From assembly GCF_036321535.1 (NCBI RefSeq), contig NC_087447.1, positions 47,742,001 through 47,806,000 on the forward strand: a DNA stretch of 64,000 bases, given 5' to 3'. Within the stretch, counting starts at the first letter, position 1; every line of letters begins with the position of its first letter. The position numbers and the translations under genes were made by a program. This DNA is from Camelus dromedarius (taxonomy: Eukaryota). Under the pieces are notes generated by a model. The model was given only the letters and a program-made list of their open reading frames with translations, was not told the origin of the DNA and made no database searches. Below are positions 25,848 to 39,890 of this stretch, piece by piece.

Positions 25848-26739
25848 TTTTTTTTTTTACCTCCACCTGGATCTGCCTTTTCTCAGTCAGGTTGAGACTT
25901 TCCCCAGAACAAAGACCCAATCAGCCTGGCCGATGAACAGCCCTCCCACGCACCTGCTCTAGGGCAGACATGTGCAATGTGTCTCCTTTAAGGGCCCCAG
26001 AGTCTGATTCTGACTTACTGTCACTCCTAAAGGCACTCTTGTGGGCAGAGTCAGATGAGACAGGGGCCCCTGCAGTAGAGTAACAGTGACTATGTGGCAT
26101 GGTGAACCAAGACCAAAGAACAATATATGCCTCAAGGCAGAGCATGGTCAGGTCAGCACTCAGGCGGAGTGGGCAAAAGGCTGTGGGAAGCCAGGGACCT
26201 GCTCTACTCAGGGCAGGCTCCCTGGAGGGCCGGGCGGCCTGGTTGGGAACCACAGGGTGCTGGCAATGTAAGGAAGAGAAGGAGGAAAAGCTTATCCCAG
26301 GAGAGAGCTGAACAAAAGCTTGGCAGAAGGAAGTGGGATTCCTGAGGGATTTGATGGGCCACACAGTCAGTGGCAGGTGCTCCCTGGCCTCCCTCAGATC
26401 ACGGTGCCTAAGGCTGCCCTATCCTGGAACAGGGCTCTCGCCTGAGGACAGGCCTCCTGCATTCCCTCACAAGCACTCCCACCTCCCCCAGGATTGAGCT
26501 GTTAGTCACCCCAACCCTTTCACTTCCCTTGCTAACCGCACCTGCCCAGACCACAGCCATAGCAGGGCCCAGGTTTCAATTCTCATTTCCTCCACATTTC
26601 TGTAGACTCCTAAAAGTTTCAATTTCTCAACAGGGGTTGAGCCTGACACTGACCTAGCTACCCTGAATCCTCTGTCACTGCCTCCTTGCCATCCTTCCTG
26701 TCTCTCCCCTCGCTGGTTCTCTCCTGCCTTCTGCCCTCC

Positions 26740-27160
26740 TAAGCAGCTAGAGCAAGCCCTCTAATACGCTATTTTGACCACGCACTCCTCTGCTCAAGAC
26801 CGTTCTCTGTCTCCCCTGCCCTACAAATGAAGCCCAAGCTTCTTAATGTGACATTCTGCACCCTGCACCACATGACTCCTGCTGGCTACCCGACCTCATC
26901 TCTCAGTCTCACCATTTTAGGTGCCCTTTGTTCCAAACACAACACATATATGCACTTTTCCAGAACTCATCAGGTTCTTTTCGCAGCTTCACACTTCTGA
27001 ATCCACTGTTCCCTCTGCCTTCAGCCTTTCCCCCTCTTCTCTGCCTGATAAATACATATTCATCCTTCAAACCCCAGCTCAAAGCCCCTGCTTCTGGAAA
27101 ACCTTCCTCCTTCCCTTAGGTCAGAATTAATCTTCCTGTCTCTGAGTCTCCATAGCCTTG
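26740..27160 (+). mobile_element. L2 LINE remnant
   Basis: tgaccacgcactcctctgctcaagacc...tgaagcccaagcttcttaatgtgacatt...attcatccttcaaaccccagctcaaa. Confidence 0.7.
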
Positions 27161-30100
27161 CTCAGATCTTGATGACAGCACTAAGCACAAGCTGACTAGA
27201 CTCCTATTTCATTGTCTTTTTCTGAATTCCCCTTCCTTTCAAGTCTCTGGCCCAGCTGGACCACTTTTAGCTATGTGACCTTGGACAAGTAACTTAACCT
27301 CTGGAGCTCTCCCTGTTGACAGTTTTTCAGCATTCTTATGTACATTGATAACCATGATTAACTTATGATTCTCTAACTATCTCCCACTAGGCTGTGAGTT
27401 TCTCCCTATTCTCCAGGGACTGCCCCCTCCACCTCCACCTACCCAGCATGGGCCAGGGCCCTGGACCAGAGAGCAGGCCTATGCCAGGCATCACCTGTTG
27501 CTGTCCCATGGGCTTTCAGGGTGGAAGCTGCCAGATGCCCAGACAGTTTTACTTCCCTCTTGGCTGCAGAGCACTGAAAGCAACTGTCAGACCTCAGGCA
27601 CTTCCGTTTCACTCAGAGCCAGGCTTCCTTTTCACCCCTTCCGTAGGCAGCCAGCCGACCATGGGCTACAGGCTCTGAGCCAGCTCCTGGGGAGTTTTGT
27701 TTCTTCTTGGGAACCCAGCCCAGAGTGCTTTGGTGGTGGACTCCCCTAAAGACAGTCTCCACCTTGGGGGTTTGTGGCAGGAAAGCCTGATTACCCAAAA
27801 CCCGGGGTGATTGGAGTCTTGACCTCATTTGACTTGTATAGTTGTGGAGTGAAAGGCTTCACATAAGGGAACTCCTGCAAAATCATAAACCCTCAGAGCC
27901 CTTGTTGGAACCTGTTTATTTTACAGATGGGGAGACTGAGGTCCAAAAAGGGATTTTCCCAGACCAGAAGCAGTGATGTACCCAGGGGCATTTATGTTAG
28001 GGAGGTCTGACCTGAACTAAATGGTCCCAATCTGTGTTGCTCTTAAGTACTTTTGCCTGTGTAACACAGTTTTGTTTTTCTATTTCTGTTCTGCTCTCTC
28101 ATCAGGTGCTGCTTTTCTCTGCTGCCTTGGTAAGTGCCTGCCTGCCTGCCTGCCTGCAATAGCAACTTCACACCCCACAACATGGCTGCCAATTAACCTT
28201 TAAACTATTTACAACCAGATGCCAAGGGCATAAAACTAATGTGTAAAATATGAATAAACAGGCTGAGATCAAGGGCTTGAGGGACATATTTGGGATATCC
28301 AAGGGCCTTTTAGGCTTAGAGCCTTGTTCTGTGGCCTTCCCTCAGCAGAGAGGGAAGTCCAGGCACAAAGACGGGGCTTGGGAATATATTCTTTATCAGT
28401 ACTCACCAGCTCACACTTAACCCACATGTTCTGGGAGGGTGTCTCTGGAAGACAACAGCTTGATAACATCATCCCCAAGGCTGGGAGGGGCAATAAATAG
28501 GAGGCAATTCAACCCCATGTTTAATTCAGAAATCATTGCCTCCATCTATTTTTTTCTCTCTACAACCTTTCTTGGACTCACACCAGATCCAGTGCTTGGT
28601 ATGTGAGATCCAATAGGGTCTTGTCTACAGGGAACACACCACCACCACCATGAGGGGAGAGACAGACACATCAAAAATCCTACAGTGGAGTACGTCATGT
28701 GCCCAGGCTTCCCAGGGATCTTCAAGGAAGAATTCACCAAACAGAGAAGTGAAGGAAGGGCTCTAAGGAGCTTTCTATATCCCTATCACCAGAGCCCACC
28801 TTTAGGCAGGCCCTTCCTAAATCAGACTCCCTGACTTTTGCGTAACACTTTGCCTTTCCTCCAGGCTTTATTCACTCATTTTGTTGGTCAACAAACTTTC
28901 CCTGCTCTTCATCTGTGAAGACTCTGTATTGGGCCCTGAGGACTTCTGGCTTTGAGGAGCTCCCAGCCTGCTGGGGGATGGAGGCATGGAAAGACAATGA
29001 CTGCGTGGTGTGGACATGGTGTGAGGGAGGGAAGGACAGAACTGGAGAGCCAGTAACGGCATCTGAGCCATTCTGGGAAGTCAGGGAAGACTTTCTGCAG
29101 GAGGAGATTTATGCCCTCAAATCTGAGATGTGGCATCTCCTTTGATCCTCCTAACATTCCTCTAAGGTAGGTCTTATTATCTCCATTGTAGAGGTGATAA
29201 AAATGAGGTCTAGAAAAGGTCAATGCCTTACCCAAGTTCACATGATTAGTAAGTTGCAGGGGGGGCATGTTCACTCCTGGGCACCCAGCAGCAGAGTCAG
29301 ATGATGGCATCACTGGAAAAGCTGGGCCTAGGGGCCTGGGACCAGAGGTGGAAAGGATCAGAGGTACAGAGGGAGGAGATGAGAGCCTGGAGCTGGGTGG
29401 AACCAATCTCCCCCAACACACAGTGGAGCAGAAGAGAGGACAGGAATACCCAACAGGCCATCAGTTCATGGCTTTGGGTCAGCAGAGCTGGCTCGGTCCT
29501 TGGACACAGTCTCATCCAGCCTCCATTAAACTGAGGCTCATCCAGAGCAACTGATGAGGACATACAGTATCACAGGGGATGGTCCTGGACTAGAACCCAG
29601 AGGCTCTGCTCCCCCAGCCCAGGGCTCTGTGCACAGCCCTGGCTGCCACATCATTTAAGCCAACCTATGTTTACTGACGTGCACTCTGGCTTGGACACTC
29701 TTCTAGGCACCATGGGGATCACAGAAATCCTCTCCATCACTGCTGTCAGGAGCTTCAGCTGGAGTGGGGAATTCAAATCCGGCTCAAAGACCTGGACTCC
29801 AGGCAGCAGTGGAAACTGGGGCAGCAGCAGGCATGAACAGATTGCTGGGGAGTGGGTTGGGAGGATCTTAGGATCCCAAGCACCCAGAGAAAGTCCTTGG
29901 ACCTCGGTTCTCCCATCTATTCCAAGAAGGGACTGGAGTCAACAATTTCTAAGGTCTCTCAGTTCAGACAGTCAAGCCTCTATCCCTGCTTACCTTGCAA
30001 GTGTTAGGAGGTGGGGCTGGGCCAAGCTTTTGGTGGGCTGGGTGGTGAGAGGCAGAGGAAGTGGCTTGAGCCACCCCTGGATGCCCATATCAAGGCTGTC

Positions 30101-33100
30101 CCATTACCAGCAGGGAAATCACAGACTCAGCGCTCAGACATCTGGGAGGTGTTGGGCAGCCAGGGTATTTTTAGAAGGCTACAGGCAGACATGCCCGGAA
30201 TCCTGGGCGTTCCTCAGCCAAAGCAGCTGGGAGCCCAGCAAAGGAAGAACCAAAAGAGGTGGCCCCAGTCCTGGCTCTTACTGCACCAAGGTCAGCTGGC
30301 CTTCCCTTTCCCCAGAGGCCAGTGCTCAGGCCTATCGTGCTCAAGCTCTGGTTTCCCTGACTTGCTGCCGATCCGCTTCCTCCTGGATCATCAAGTGCAG
30401 AGCTGTTGCAGGGCCTTAGCAGGAAGATGTGCGTCCGCAGCACTTGGTCTCCATTGATTCCTTCAGCTATCTCTTTGGGTGCTTTCTCTGATTCAGGTGA
30501 GCTGCTGGCCCTAGGGATATAAAACAGAAAGGAGGCAACCTTGGAGCAACTCAGGTCCATTGGGGTGGAGGGACCGGGTTGGGGGCAGTGGGGATACAGA
30601 CAGCGATAACACCTGATGTCACTTTGAGGGAGCTTGGTTGACAGGGCTGCCACAAGGGCCTTTGATCTGTAGACAAAAATATAAGCTGCTAGCTAGGGGG
30701 GCAAGCTCTGGATTATAACCAAAGGATGGTTATCAGTCTTTTCTAGAGCCATGCCTCTTCCTTTTGAATTATTTCTGAAAGCTGATGTCTCAGAATTAGA
30801 GTAAAGGGTAAGATAATCCTTTTAGCTTTGGTCCTATCAGCTACCAGAAAAACTGCCTCATTTGCAGTGGCAGCTCTAACAAAAAGGTGCTCCTGCCCCC
30901 TTCCCCCACCCCATCCCCACCAGTCCCTCCACTTCATTGTGTTACAGATGAAGAGCAAAGCCCAGAAAAGGGCTTGTCCAGCCCAGAATCCCTCAGCAAG
31001 GCCTAAGGAAGGACTCATCTCTGTCTGGAACCTGCAGATTCCCATGTAATCAAAACCATGGGAAGGACACTCCCAGGCCCACCTGTCACAAGGAGGGGCT
31101 GAGGCCTGGGGTGATCAGAGGGCAGGAGTCCAGCCCCGCACTGTGCCCCATCACAATGGACTCTGCAGCGTAGACCTGTTTGCCCCTCTCCCTAGGACTA
31201 TCTGTCCTTCCAGCCCATTTCTCAGACTGAGTTTCTAGCCTTAGTTATGAGTGTCTGCAAATTCTCTACCTGAATTTTTTAATGTTGTACCTTCACTTTA
31301 ATGATAACATGAACAAATTGATATTAGAATAATCTGGCTTGGCTAAAATGCAGAGCATCTTATAAAATAGGCAGCTCTAAGTGTCAGTGCCCATGTCTAG
31401 GTTTATCGGCAAACTGGTTCTAAAGATCCTTCTAAAGTGACCACATTGAACTTTAGTGCAGTGTCTCAAGCTGACTTGGAAGTTTGAGACTCACTGCTCT
31501 AAAGTGTGTGCTTCCTTCCTGCAGTATCCGGGGCAGAGAAAGAAGCCCCTCAGTTGGGATCAGAAGACCTGAGTTCTAAATTTGTCTTTGCTCCCAGCTC
31601 ACTGAATAGCCTTGGCTATTACCTGAGTCTAGGTCTGAGTCTAGGTGTCTTCATTTGTAAAATAATTAGCTTGGGTTAGACAATCCCCACGGCCCCTTCT
31701 GGCTCACACGACAGGATTCCAAATTGTGATGAGCTACGCTTTCATCCCCACCCATCCCTGACTCCTGATCCAGTACATGCCATCCCAACCCCATCTCTGA
31801 GGCCAGTGCTGCACTGGGCAGGTAGGCGGAGACATCAACAGAGAGGTTGAGCCTCCAGGAGTTGGCAGTGGAGTAGTCAGGCAGAGATAAAGGAGACATA
31901 AGAGGGGTTGGAGAGCTTCAGGAAGAAAGCCATCAGGCTAAAGAGAGCTCTTACAACCAGCCAGACTGTCACCTAAGACCCATCCTGGAAGCTCCTCTCA
32001 GGGTGGTGGGATTCCACATCTTGGGTTCCTGCAAGGCCAGGGAGCCTTGCCTTCGCCTGTGTACGATTCCCCTCTAAGGCTTCTGAGTAGGCCATCCCCT
32101 ATTCCCCCATCCCTCCAGGGACCTAGAGCCATTCTCTCCTTAAACCCTCCCCCCATCCCAGCTCACAGTGGGGCCTCAGGACCCAGGGGACCCCAGGCAG
32201 TGCCAGAGCTACCTCCTTATGGCTAGACTGTCTTCTTTGAACGCCTACCCCTTGGGCCTGCTCAACTCCTGAAGATTGCCTAGATTTCAAATTAGGGATA
32301 CCTTCTGTCAGGAAGCCCTCCCAGATTCTCCCACCCCAGGCAAGGTCAGGGCCTTGCTGTTTGCCCTCTGGGGCTAGGAATGGGGTTCTAGTAAACCTTT
32401 CTCCCTTTGCTGGGGAAAGATTTGAAGCTCTGTCCCTTGGCCACAGAATTTTAGGCCTGGAAAGAGCAGCTGAAGTAGGAGGAAGTGTCTGTCCTATAGG
32501 CCCCCCTGAACTTCGGCCCCAGGCCCCAGGCATGTCTGCCCTCCAAATCAGTGTTCCCTAGTACTTCGAGTAGTCTTTGCCCACACATGACAGTTTGCCG
32601 ACAGAATAAACTCATCTGGGCACTCAACTGCCTGACACATCAATTTGTCCTGTCTTGTCATCCTGTACCTAAAAGGGTCTCCTGGGGACATAGGCTTGAG
32701 AAGTGAGTAGGAACACTGTCAGTTGGAAGTAGAGGGTGGAATGGGGGAGGGAGGATGGGTAGGGAAATGCTTGGGGGTAGGTGGGGCATCCACACCACAC
32801 CTAAGTGGCAGTGGCTGGCTCTCCACCTGGGTGTGGGTCCATCTTAGTCTTCAGTGACTTGGTCCCCACACTGGCCCAGTGGGAGAGGCTTCAGAACCTA
32901 GAAGGCACAGATTATTACCTTCCAGAGAAACACTGCCAGCCCCAAGGTGATCTATTCTCAGCACCCTAGCTCAGGGAAGAGAGCACTGGGCAATGAGTTA
33001 GTAAAGCATGTGGCTTTGGGCAGGTCATGACCTCTCTTTGGGCCTCACCTGTATAATGAAGTTTCTCCACCTGTACAATGAAGAAGTGGACTCTAAACCC

Positions 33101-33376
33101 TAAAGGCTCTTCAGTCAGGACAGTAGAGGCAAGATGAAGCAGAAGAAATCGCTCCTATGTGCAGGGTGCTGACCAGGTGCTCCCATATCTCTCATCCCAT
33201 CTAATCTCACAGTCCTGAAGTGAGAAAGAATGTCTCTGCCCAAGTAAAGCTGATGGAACTGAGGGCACAGTTTGCCTTGGCCCCTTCAGAAATCACACCT
33301 TTGGGCAGGGAAGTCCTTTGAGCTGAGATGGGGCTACCAAATTTTGGCTCTAGGCAAAGAAGGGTGGCCTGGATAT

Positions 33377-34135
33377 ATTTTGTTTTGTGGTAAAATACAT
33401 ACAACATAAAATTGACCATTTTAACCATTTTCAGGTGGCATTAAGCATATTCACAATGTTGTGTGACCATCACCACTATCTATTTCCAGAACTTTTCCAT
33501 CATCCCAAACAGCAACTCTGTACCCATTTAACAATAGCAGTAATTCCCCATCCTCCCTCCCCCTAGCCCCTGGTACCCTCTTATTCTACATTCTGTCTCT
33601 ATGAATTTGCCTATGCTAGACACCTCATTCAACATTTGACTTTTTTTGTCTGGCTTGTTTAAATTAGCATATTTTCAGATTTCACCCATGTTGTAGCATG
33701 CATCAGAACTTCACTGCTTTTTGAGGCCGACTAGTATTCCATTATATGGATATCCCATATTTTGTTTATTCATTCATCTATTGATGGATATTTGGGTTGT
33801 TTCCACTGATTGGTTATTGTGAATAATGCTGCTCTGAACATAGGTGTACAAGCATCTGAATCCCTGACTCAAGAATCTGAATTGAGTCTTCTATTCTTTT
33901 GGGTATATACGTAGAGGTGAAATTGCTGGATCATATGGTAATTCTGTGTTCAACTTTCTTAGGAACCAACAAATCATTTTTCACATCAGCTGCACCACTT
34001 TACATTCCCACCAGCAATGCATGAGGGTTCCAGTTTCTCTTAAGAACACAGGCTAGAGACACTTGTTGTTTCCCTTTTTATTATTTTATAACATTAGTCA
34101 TACTGTTGAGTGTAAAGTGACATCTCACTGTGGTT
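33377..34135 (-). mobile_element. L1M(B)-type 3' fragment, antisense
   Basis: ttgtggtaaaatacatacaacataaaattgaccatt...ctgcaccactttacattcccaccagcaatgcatgagggttcc. Confidence 0.92.
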
Positions 34136-36399
34136 GTCCTAGGTTTTTTAAAAACATATTTTAGCTGCAGAGTCCTTTCATCAGAGGAAGTTACCCAAAG
34201 GCTACATGAAGTCTGGGTGAGGAGCTGGCAGTGGCTAACTGGAGAGGAGAGGGGCTGGGGAGGTGTGTGTATGTGGTGGTGGGGTTGCTCGTGTGTGAGA
34301 GCACTTTCTCTTGGTCTCCCCTTCCCTGTCCTGCCCCACCCTGAAGTCTTTCTGAGGAACCTGGTAGTACAGTGTAAAATGTCCCTGACTCACGGCCACT
34401 TCCCTTCTAGAGTACTGAGTGGAGGAGGCCAAGTGTAACAGCAGCAGGAAGCTTTTCGTTCTTTGTCCTTGGGGGAGGACTTAGCCAGCCACCTTGAAGG
34501 AGGCCTTCTCTGTTTTGGCAGTCACTTGAGGTTATCAGATGTAAATAGACCCTGGCAGAACAAAACAGAACCCTTTGTGCCTTAACAAAGGCTGCCTCTC
34601 CCAAGAATCCCAGGGAATGCAGAGCTAAGGAGAAGGTAACACATTTGCAGGGGACAAAGGAGCTTCCAGGGTGCAAGTGGAAGGAGGCCCAGCCTCTTCC
34701 CTGTGAGGTTCCAAATTATTCAGACTATCTCTCAAGATAGCCATTCCCCATAAACAACCCCAGTCAGTGGAGAAGGACCCCTAAGTCCCCAAGGAGAACT
34801 CAGTAGTGTGGGAAAGGGGCTTGGCACTGGTGACCAGGATCAACTCTGTGGCTTTGGACTCTCCTCCTGGAGGAAATTGCTTGAGCTCAGGAGTGTGAAT
34901 GAGAGCTGGGACTTTGGAGTCATGTGCTCCCAGTTGCTGGGGCTCTGAGCAGGGGGTGGAGCAAGGCTGGTGCTCAGCGTGACCTTGGGAAATGAGCTAG
35001 TCCCTGAGGACTGTGAGCAGTCCTCCACGGTGGGAGAGAAGGCCTCCCAAGGGGCAGATTGGACTTCCTATTGATAAGATCTGGTGGGAGCTCGAGCAAT
35101 TCACGGGAGGGGAGAGTGGGGTGGTATGTGACTGTAATTTGTATCCTGAGCTGATGGAGTAACCATACCAGTCACATGTAGTTCTCAACTTCTTGACTTC
35201 TCTAGCTTCCAGAAGTGGGCCAGGGTGAGCAGGACCAAGTGTCTTATCCCTGTCTGTACCCAGACCAGCTCAAGACATCCCTGGGGAATGAGAAGGAAAA
35301 CCTCTAGGCCTCTTTCTGCACTTCACTTCCCAGCAAATCCTTCTCAGTTACCTTCAAGAGCTCCCCAGCGGCTCCTTATCCTCAGGATCCACCACACCCC
35401 CTTGCCTAGGTCTACAGCCCAGGAAAGTACTCAAATGCTCAGCGTGTCTCCTGTTCACTCCCTCCATCAAAACTTATCCAGCCTGTGCCCAGATCCCTCT
35501 AAACCTCATTAGGCACACAGTTCAGGTGACAGTCCAAATTGACCTGAGGAGTTGTTGGCACTAGAATTTAAGCTAGCCAACAGAGAGCTTCACCTATTTC
35601 CCTTCCCTGATTCCATTCGCATTTCACTAGGGATATTACTTGCTCCAAAATGCAACAATCTGAACAATAGGTTGTTGGAATGTACCATCTCAACCGTCTT
35701 TCTGTCGTGCAAAAAAGGTGTGATTCTGTTATTGGAATTTTAGGCACCTTGAAAGGATGTTTGGGAAGCTATTTTCTTGCCAAAGAGACACCCTTGTGCT
35801 AACCCACAGAGAAGATAACATTTTCTGCCTACACATGAGCGAGCCCAGATGAGGCCCAGCCCCAGCTGTGACCTTCAGTTTCCCTGGTCAAGATGCTAAA
35901 TTCAGATCTCCCATCAGTCCTGAACCAGGTTAGACCAGTCACCATAGGCATGTTCCTGGGCAACCAAATTTGCCTACAATGAAATCCTGATTATGCTAAA
36001 GGAATGTTTAGCCTCCAATATTTTCCACACCCAGCACACAAATGAAAACATTTCTTCTTACTACACTGCGAAGGAAAAGAAAGACAAGCAGGAAAAAGGG
36101 CAAGATAAGAGAATAGAACAGGAACCAAGGAACTGAATCCCATCAGCCATCAAACCTTCATTCAACCTGCCTGCTCATCTATGCCCTATATTTGCTAACT
36201 CATTCTTGCAACCAACCAATCAGTCTTCATTCAACTGATCAATAAATGAACCAGTCTGCATTCAAACCTCCTGCATTTATTGGAACAACCAGTTAATTTC
36301 ACTCATTCACTTCCTTTAAGAAATCAACCTTCATCCAGCAGACAAAGTACCAAGTAGTCATTCAATCTTCATTCGTTCAGTTCAGTATTCCAAATATCA

Positions 36400-36900
36400 A
36401 AGCTCAGAGCTGGAAGAGACCTCAGAGGCCATTTAGTCAGCCATATCAATCTCATAGGAATCTTCTCCACTGCAACCTTGCCAAATAATCACCCAAGCTT
36501 TATTGGGCACCTCTAACAACGGAGAGTTCACTATTTTCAAAGGCTGCCTGAACTCTTGTTGGACAGCTCTGGCTGTGAGAATGTATTTCCCAGCCCCCTT
36601 GTAACGTTCATTTCTGCCTCTGGTGCTGCCTTCCAGGCTGCCTAGAACAACTCAGCTCCTGTGCTAGAAGAGCTTGCCAGTAAGTATAGATGGAGATTAT
36701 GTCCTCTAAGCTCCTCCCCTCACCTGGCCCTTGTGGATGATGTTCCCTCTTTGCTCCAGTCTCTTTCTTCTTGTCAGGCAGCCCTTACTCTGTCCAGGGT
36801 TCTCCCTGGTTTGGGGATGGGAAGGGGAGGCCACATTCCAGGTGTGATGTGACCAGCTCTGAGGTAAGGGAACAGTCACCTCCAGTTCTGAACAGAGCAA
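36400..36900 (-). mobile_element. CR1/L3-like ancient LINE remnant
   Basis: agagctggaagagacctcagaggccatttagtc...ttgttggacagctctggctgtgagaa...cacattccaggtgtgatgtgaccag. Confidence 0.55.
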
Positions 36901-38184
36901 GCCCCAGCGTGTTTGTCATGCCTGCCCTTTTGTGAAGGGGTCACCCCTCGACCTGGTCCATATGTCCTGCCACCTCCCTTAGCTATAGCTGAGCATCCTT
37001 AGGGCAGCTGGTCTAGGGACTTGCTAGAGACCTCAGAGATGGCCTGGCCCAAAGCTCTTCCCAAGTCAGGGTAACAGGTATTAGGTGGGCCGGCTATTTC
37101 TCCCCCTCCTTTTGAGGAAGAAGCTAAGCCATTAAAAGCAGAAGATGACGCAGGAAGACAGAAGTGCTTGAGTCAGTACAGGCCACAAGAAAGGAAGTAA
37201 TCTGCTACATCAGTCAGGTTGTGGAAATGAGTGACAGAAACAAACTGACCAATTTAAGCAGAAAAATAATTTCTTAAAAGGATTCCAGGTAACTTGCAGA
37301 AATTGATCTTCAGTTAGAGGGTGATTTAGTAGTGGGGTATATATTTGATTCTAAAGAATTAAAACACACGGCAGGAAAAAAGATACATATTTGTTTCAGA
37401 AAATTTTAAACTTCTCTTCCCCGCATGCCTTTTAAGGAAGATGTGTCCAGGTAGCTGGAGGGTTTCTGGCTAGCTGAGAACAAAGTCTTGGTCAGGGGGA
37501 TGGATTTTCCTATACTAGATCACAGCCTTACATCATGTGTAAGGAAGAGAAGCCCAGAGCTAACTGTGCTGCCAAAAAGAGAGGGCAAGAAAGGTTGAGG
37601 GGAGGGGAGGCCCTGGAAAGGAGAGAGGCTGGGGATCTTTCAGGGGAGAGCCGATTGTTTGATGTAAAACCCTATTCCATCTCTAGATAGAAATCTCTGG
37701 TACAACGTCCGTTTCTCACTAAGGCCTTCTGGTAAATAAGATTTACTTTGGGGTAATTAAGAGAAGCTCTTAGTCCTGGTCCTTGAGGAAGGGGCATGAG
37801 TCAAGGCTGTAGTGGGAAGGCAGACCCACCTGGATGACATTTTGGGACCCTGCCCAGGGGTTTTGATGGGACATTCAATTCTCAACTGAATCTAGGTTTT
37901 AATCATTGCCCTAAAGAGTCAAACATACAACATTTTACCTATAGTTAACATTCCTCTATTCTGCACTTAAATTTTGTTAAGAGGGTAAATCTCATGTTGA
38001 ATGTTCTTAGCAATATAAAAATTAAAAAGTCAAACATGGTCCTCCCACCCCATTGTTGCAAAAGTGTGGAGTGGGCTGATTCAGCCTGAGTAGAGATGGC
38101 CCTGGGATATTACCTCAGCACTGGAGGGAAGTTGTGGCTGTGAGGTCAGCATTCTGGCCTGATCAAGAATGGATTATTCAGAAG

Positions 38185-38620
38185 GCATATTAATCAGGAT
38201 CCTTTTGGTTGCAAATCATGGAAATTCATCTCTGATCTCTAATTAATCAAATTAAATAAAGCTTAAAAATGTAAAAGGGGAGGGTGGAATTATTGGCCCA
38301 CAAAAATGTGAAAGCCAGAAGTAGTTCTAGTTTCAGGAATGGCTAGATCCAGGCAAACAAATCCAGGAATTTGCCTCCATCTTGCCACTCTGCTTCTTCT
38401 GTGTTGGCTTCTCTCTCAGGTTATGCCCCCAGCCCATGTGGTGGTAAGATGGCCCCCAAAAGTACCATCCTGATATCATCAGCCCTTCTGGGAAGACCTT
38501 ACTTTCCCAATCATTCTGAGAAAATTACCAGGACTGAGTCTTATGGGACTGGCTTGGTTACTTCCCCAACCCTGGAGCTGGGAGGGTGGGATGAGCCACA
38601 AGGGAACTGCTTGAACTAAG
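38185..38620. mobile_element. MLT1-type LTR remnant
   Basis: tattaatcaggatccttttggttgcaa...ttcaggaatggctagatccagg...aagatggccccc. Confidence 0.6.
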
Positions 38621-39454
38621 AGCATAGGCATGAAAATCTCCCAAAGGAAATTAAAGCGCTGATACCAGACATGGAAATGGGAAAACAGCTGTCAGTCAGA
38701 AATGGAGACATGCACCTCATAAAGTGAGCTCAGGAAACTGATGTCAAAAAAACCCCCAAACTTCCTTGTGTGACCCCAGGCTGGAAATTAATGTTTAGTC
38801 CAGCCTCGAAGGACACATGACTTATTAAGAAATGAGAATGTCTCCAGGAAGGGGCGAGGTGGACTGGGGCAGATACCCTTGGCTGATTTGGGCCCCCACC
38901 CCCTCCCCTTTTAGCCTGTTTCAGAGACAGGATTTCCTGGAGCTGGAGCTGCTGCTGGAGAGCTGGCTACCAGACAAGCACTGAAACCTCTGGTCAAGGC
39001 TACATGCTACCAGAAAGGAGAAACGTTTGCAGGAGTACAGCCCGGGGCAAGAGAGGGGAATGCCGAATTGCGGTTAGAGCTTCCCAGTGAAATGTTACAG
39101 GATGACAGTGGGAGAGGGAGAGAAGTGGCAAAAATTAAGAGGTTTTAGGTTCTAGCAGTAGGAACCAAACACGAATACAAAGCTGCAAATCAGTGCCTCC
39201 ATCTCTGTGCAAGAATGACCTGTGCCAGTTAAAGGGATATGCAGTGATATGGGGAGGCACCAGGATTCATAAGTCTCAGAGACAACAGGAAGGAGACAAG
39301 GGCTAAGACTGAGACTTGTGCGATGAGCCATGAGCCATAGGACAAGATGTGCTTGACCACAGCTTAGAGAATCTGGCCCTGCTAGAACAGATAACCATGG
39401 GTACAAGTGATAGGGAAGCTTTACGGAAAAAGGCAGAAACTCCTCGGACACTGG

Positions 39455-39890
39455 CCCTCCCCACCCTGCTCTCTGCCCCAGGAAACTGATCGGTATGGAC
39501 TTATATAACAGGAGTTCTGTGCTTCTGGCTTCAGGCTGGGTTTGGACAATAGAAATACCAGGAAGGGAGGGGAGTGAGGTCAGGGTACTTCTTCCCTTGG
39601 CTCCCTTCTTGTGGCAGTGCTTTAGGTTGGTTCTGTCCCTCAACTAAAGGTCACAGCTCCTTTCAAAGAGGCTGACTCCACATGACTTACTCATTCCAGG
39701 TTCCAAAGGCTGCACCCTGCCCACTTCGGCTGTTCAGGCCCGGAGGTGGTAAGAGCTCGGCTGCTACTAGCTCCAGGTTATTGCACTTGAAGTTTCCCTA
39801 CATTTTGTAAATAGGCCCTTTATAAATAAGCCTTCTTCCATTTTCAGTTGAGTGGCACCATCTGTGTCTTGTTGGGACCTTGAATGATGC
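39455..39890 (+). mobile_element. LTR33 ERVL solo LTR
   Basis: ccaccctgctctctgccccagga...tccctcaactaaaggtcacagctcc...ttcaggcccggaggtggtaa...tttgtaaataggcccttta...ccatctgtgtcttgttgggacc is colinear with the recalled LTR33 consensus. Confidence 0.85.

Noticed and set aside
29667..30419. Longest ORF in the track (250 aa, + strand)
   Set aside because: Ser/Trp/Gly-rich with no recognisable domain, its start overlaps L2/MIR-like sequence, and I see no supporting exon structure. A long chance ORF is plausible in GC-rich DNA.
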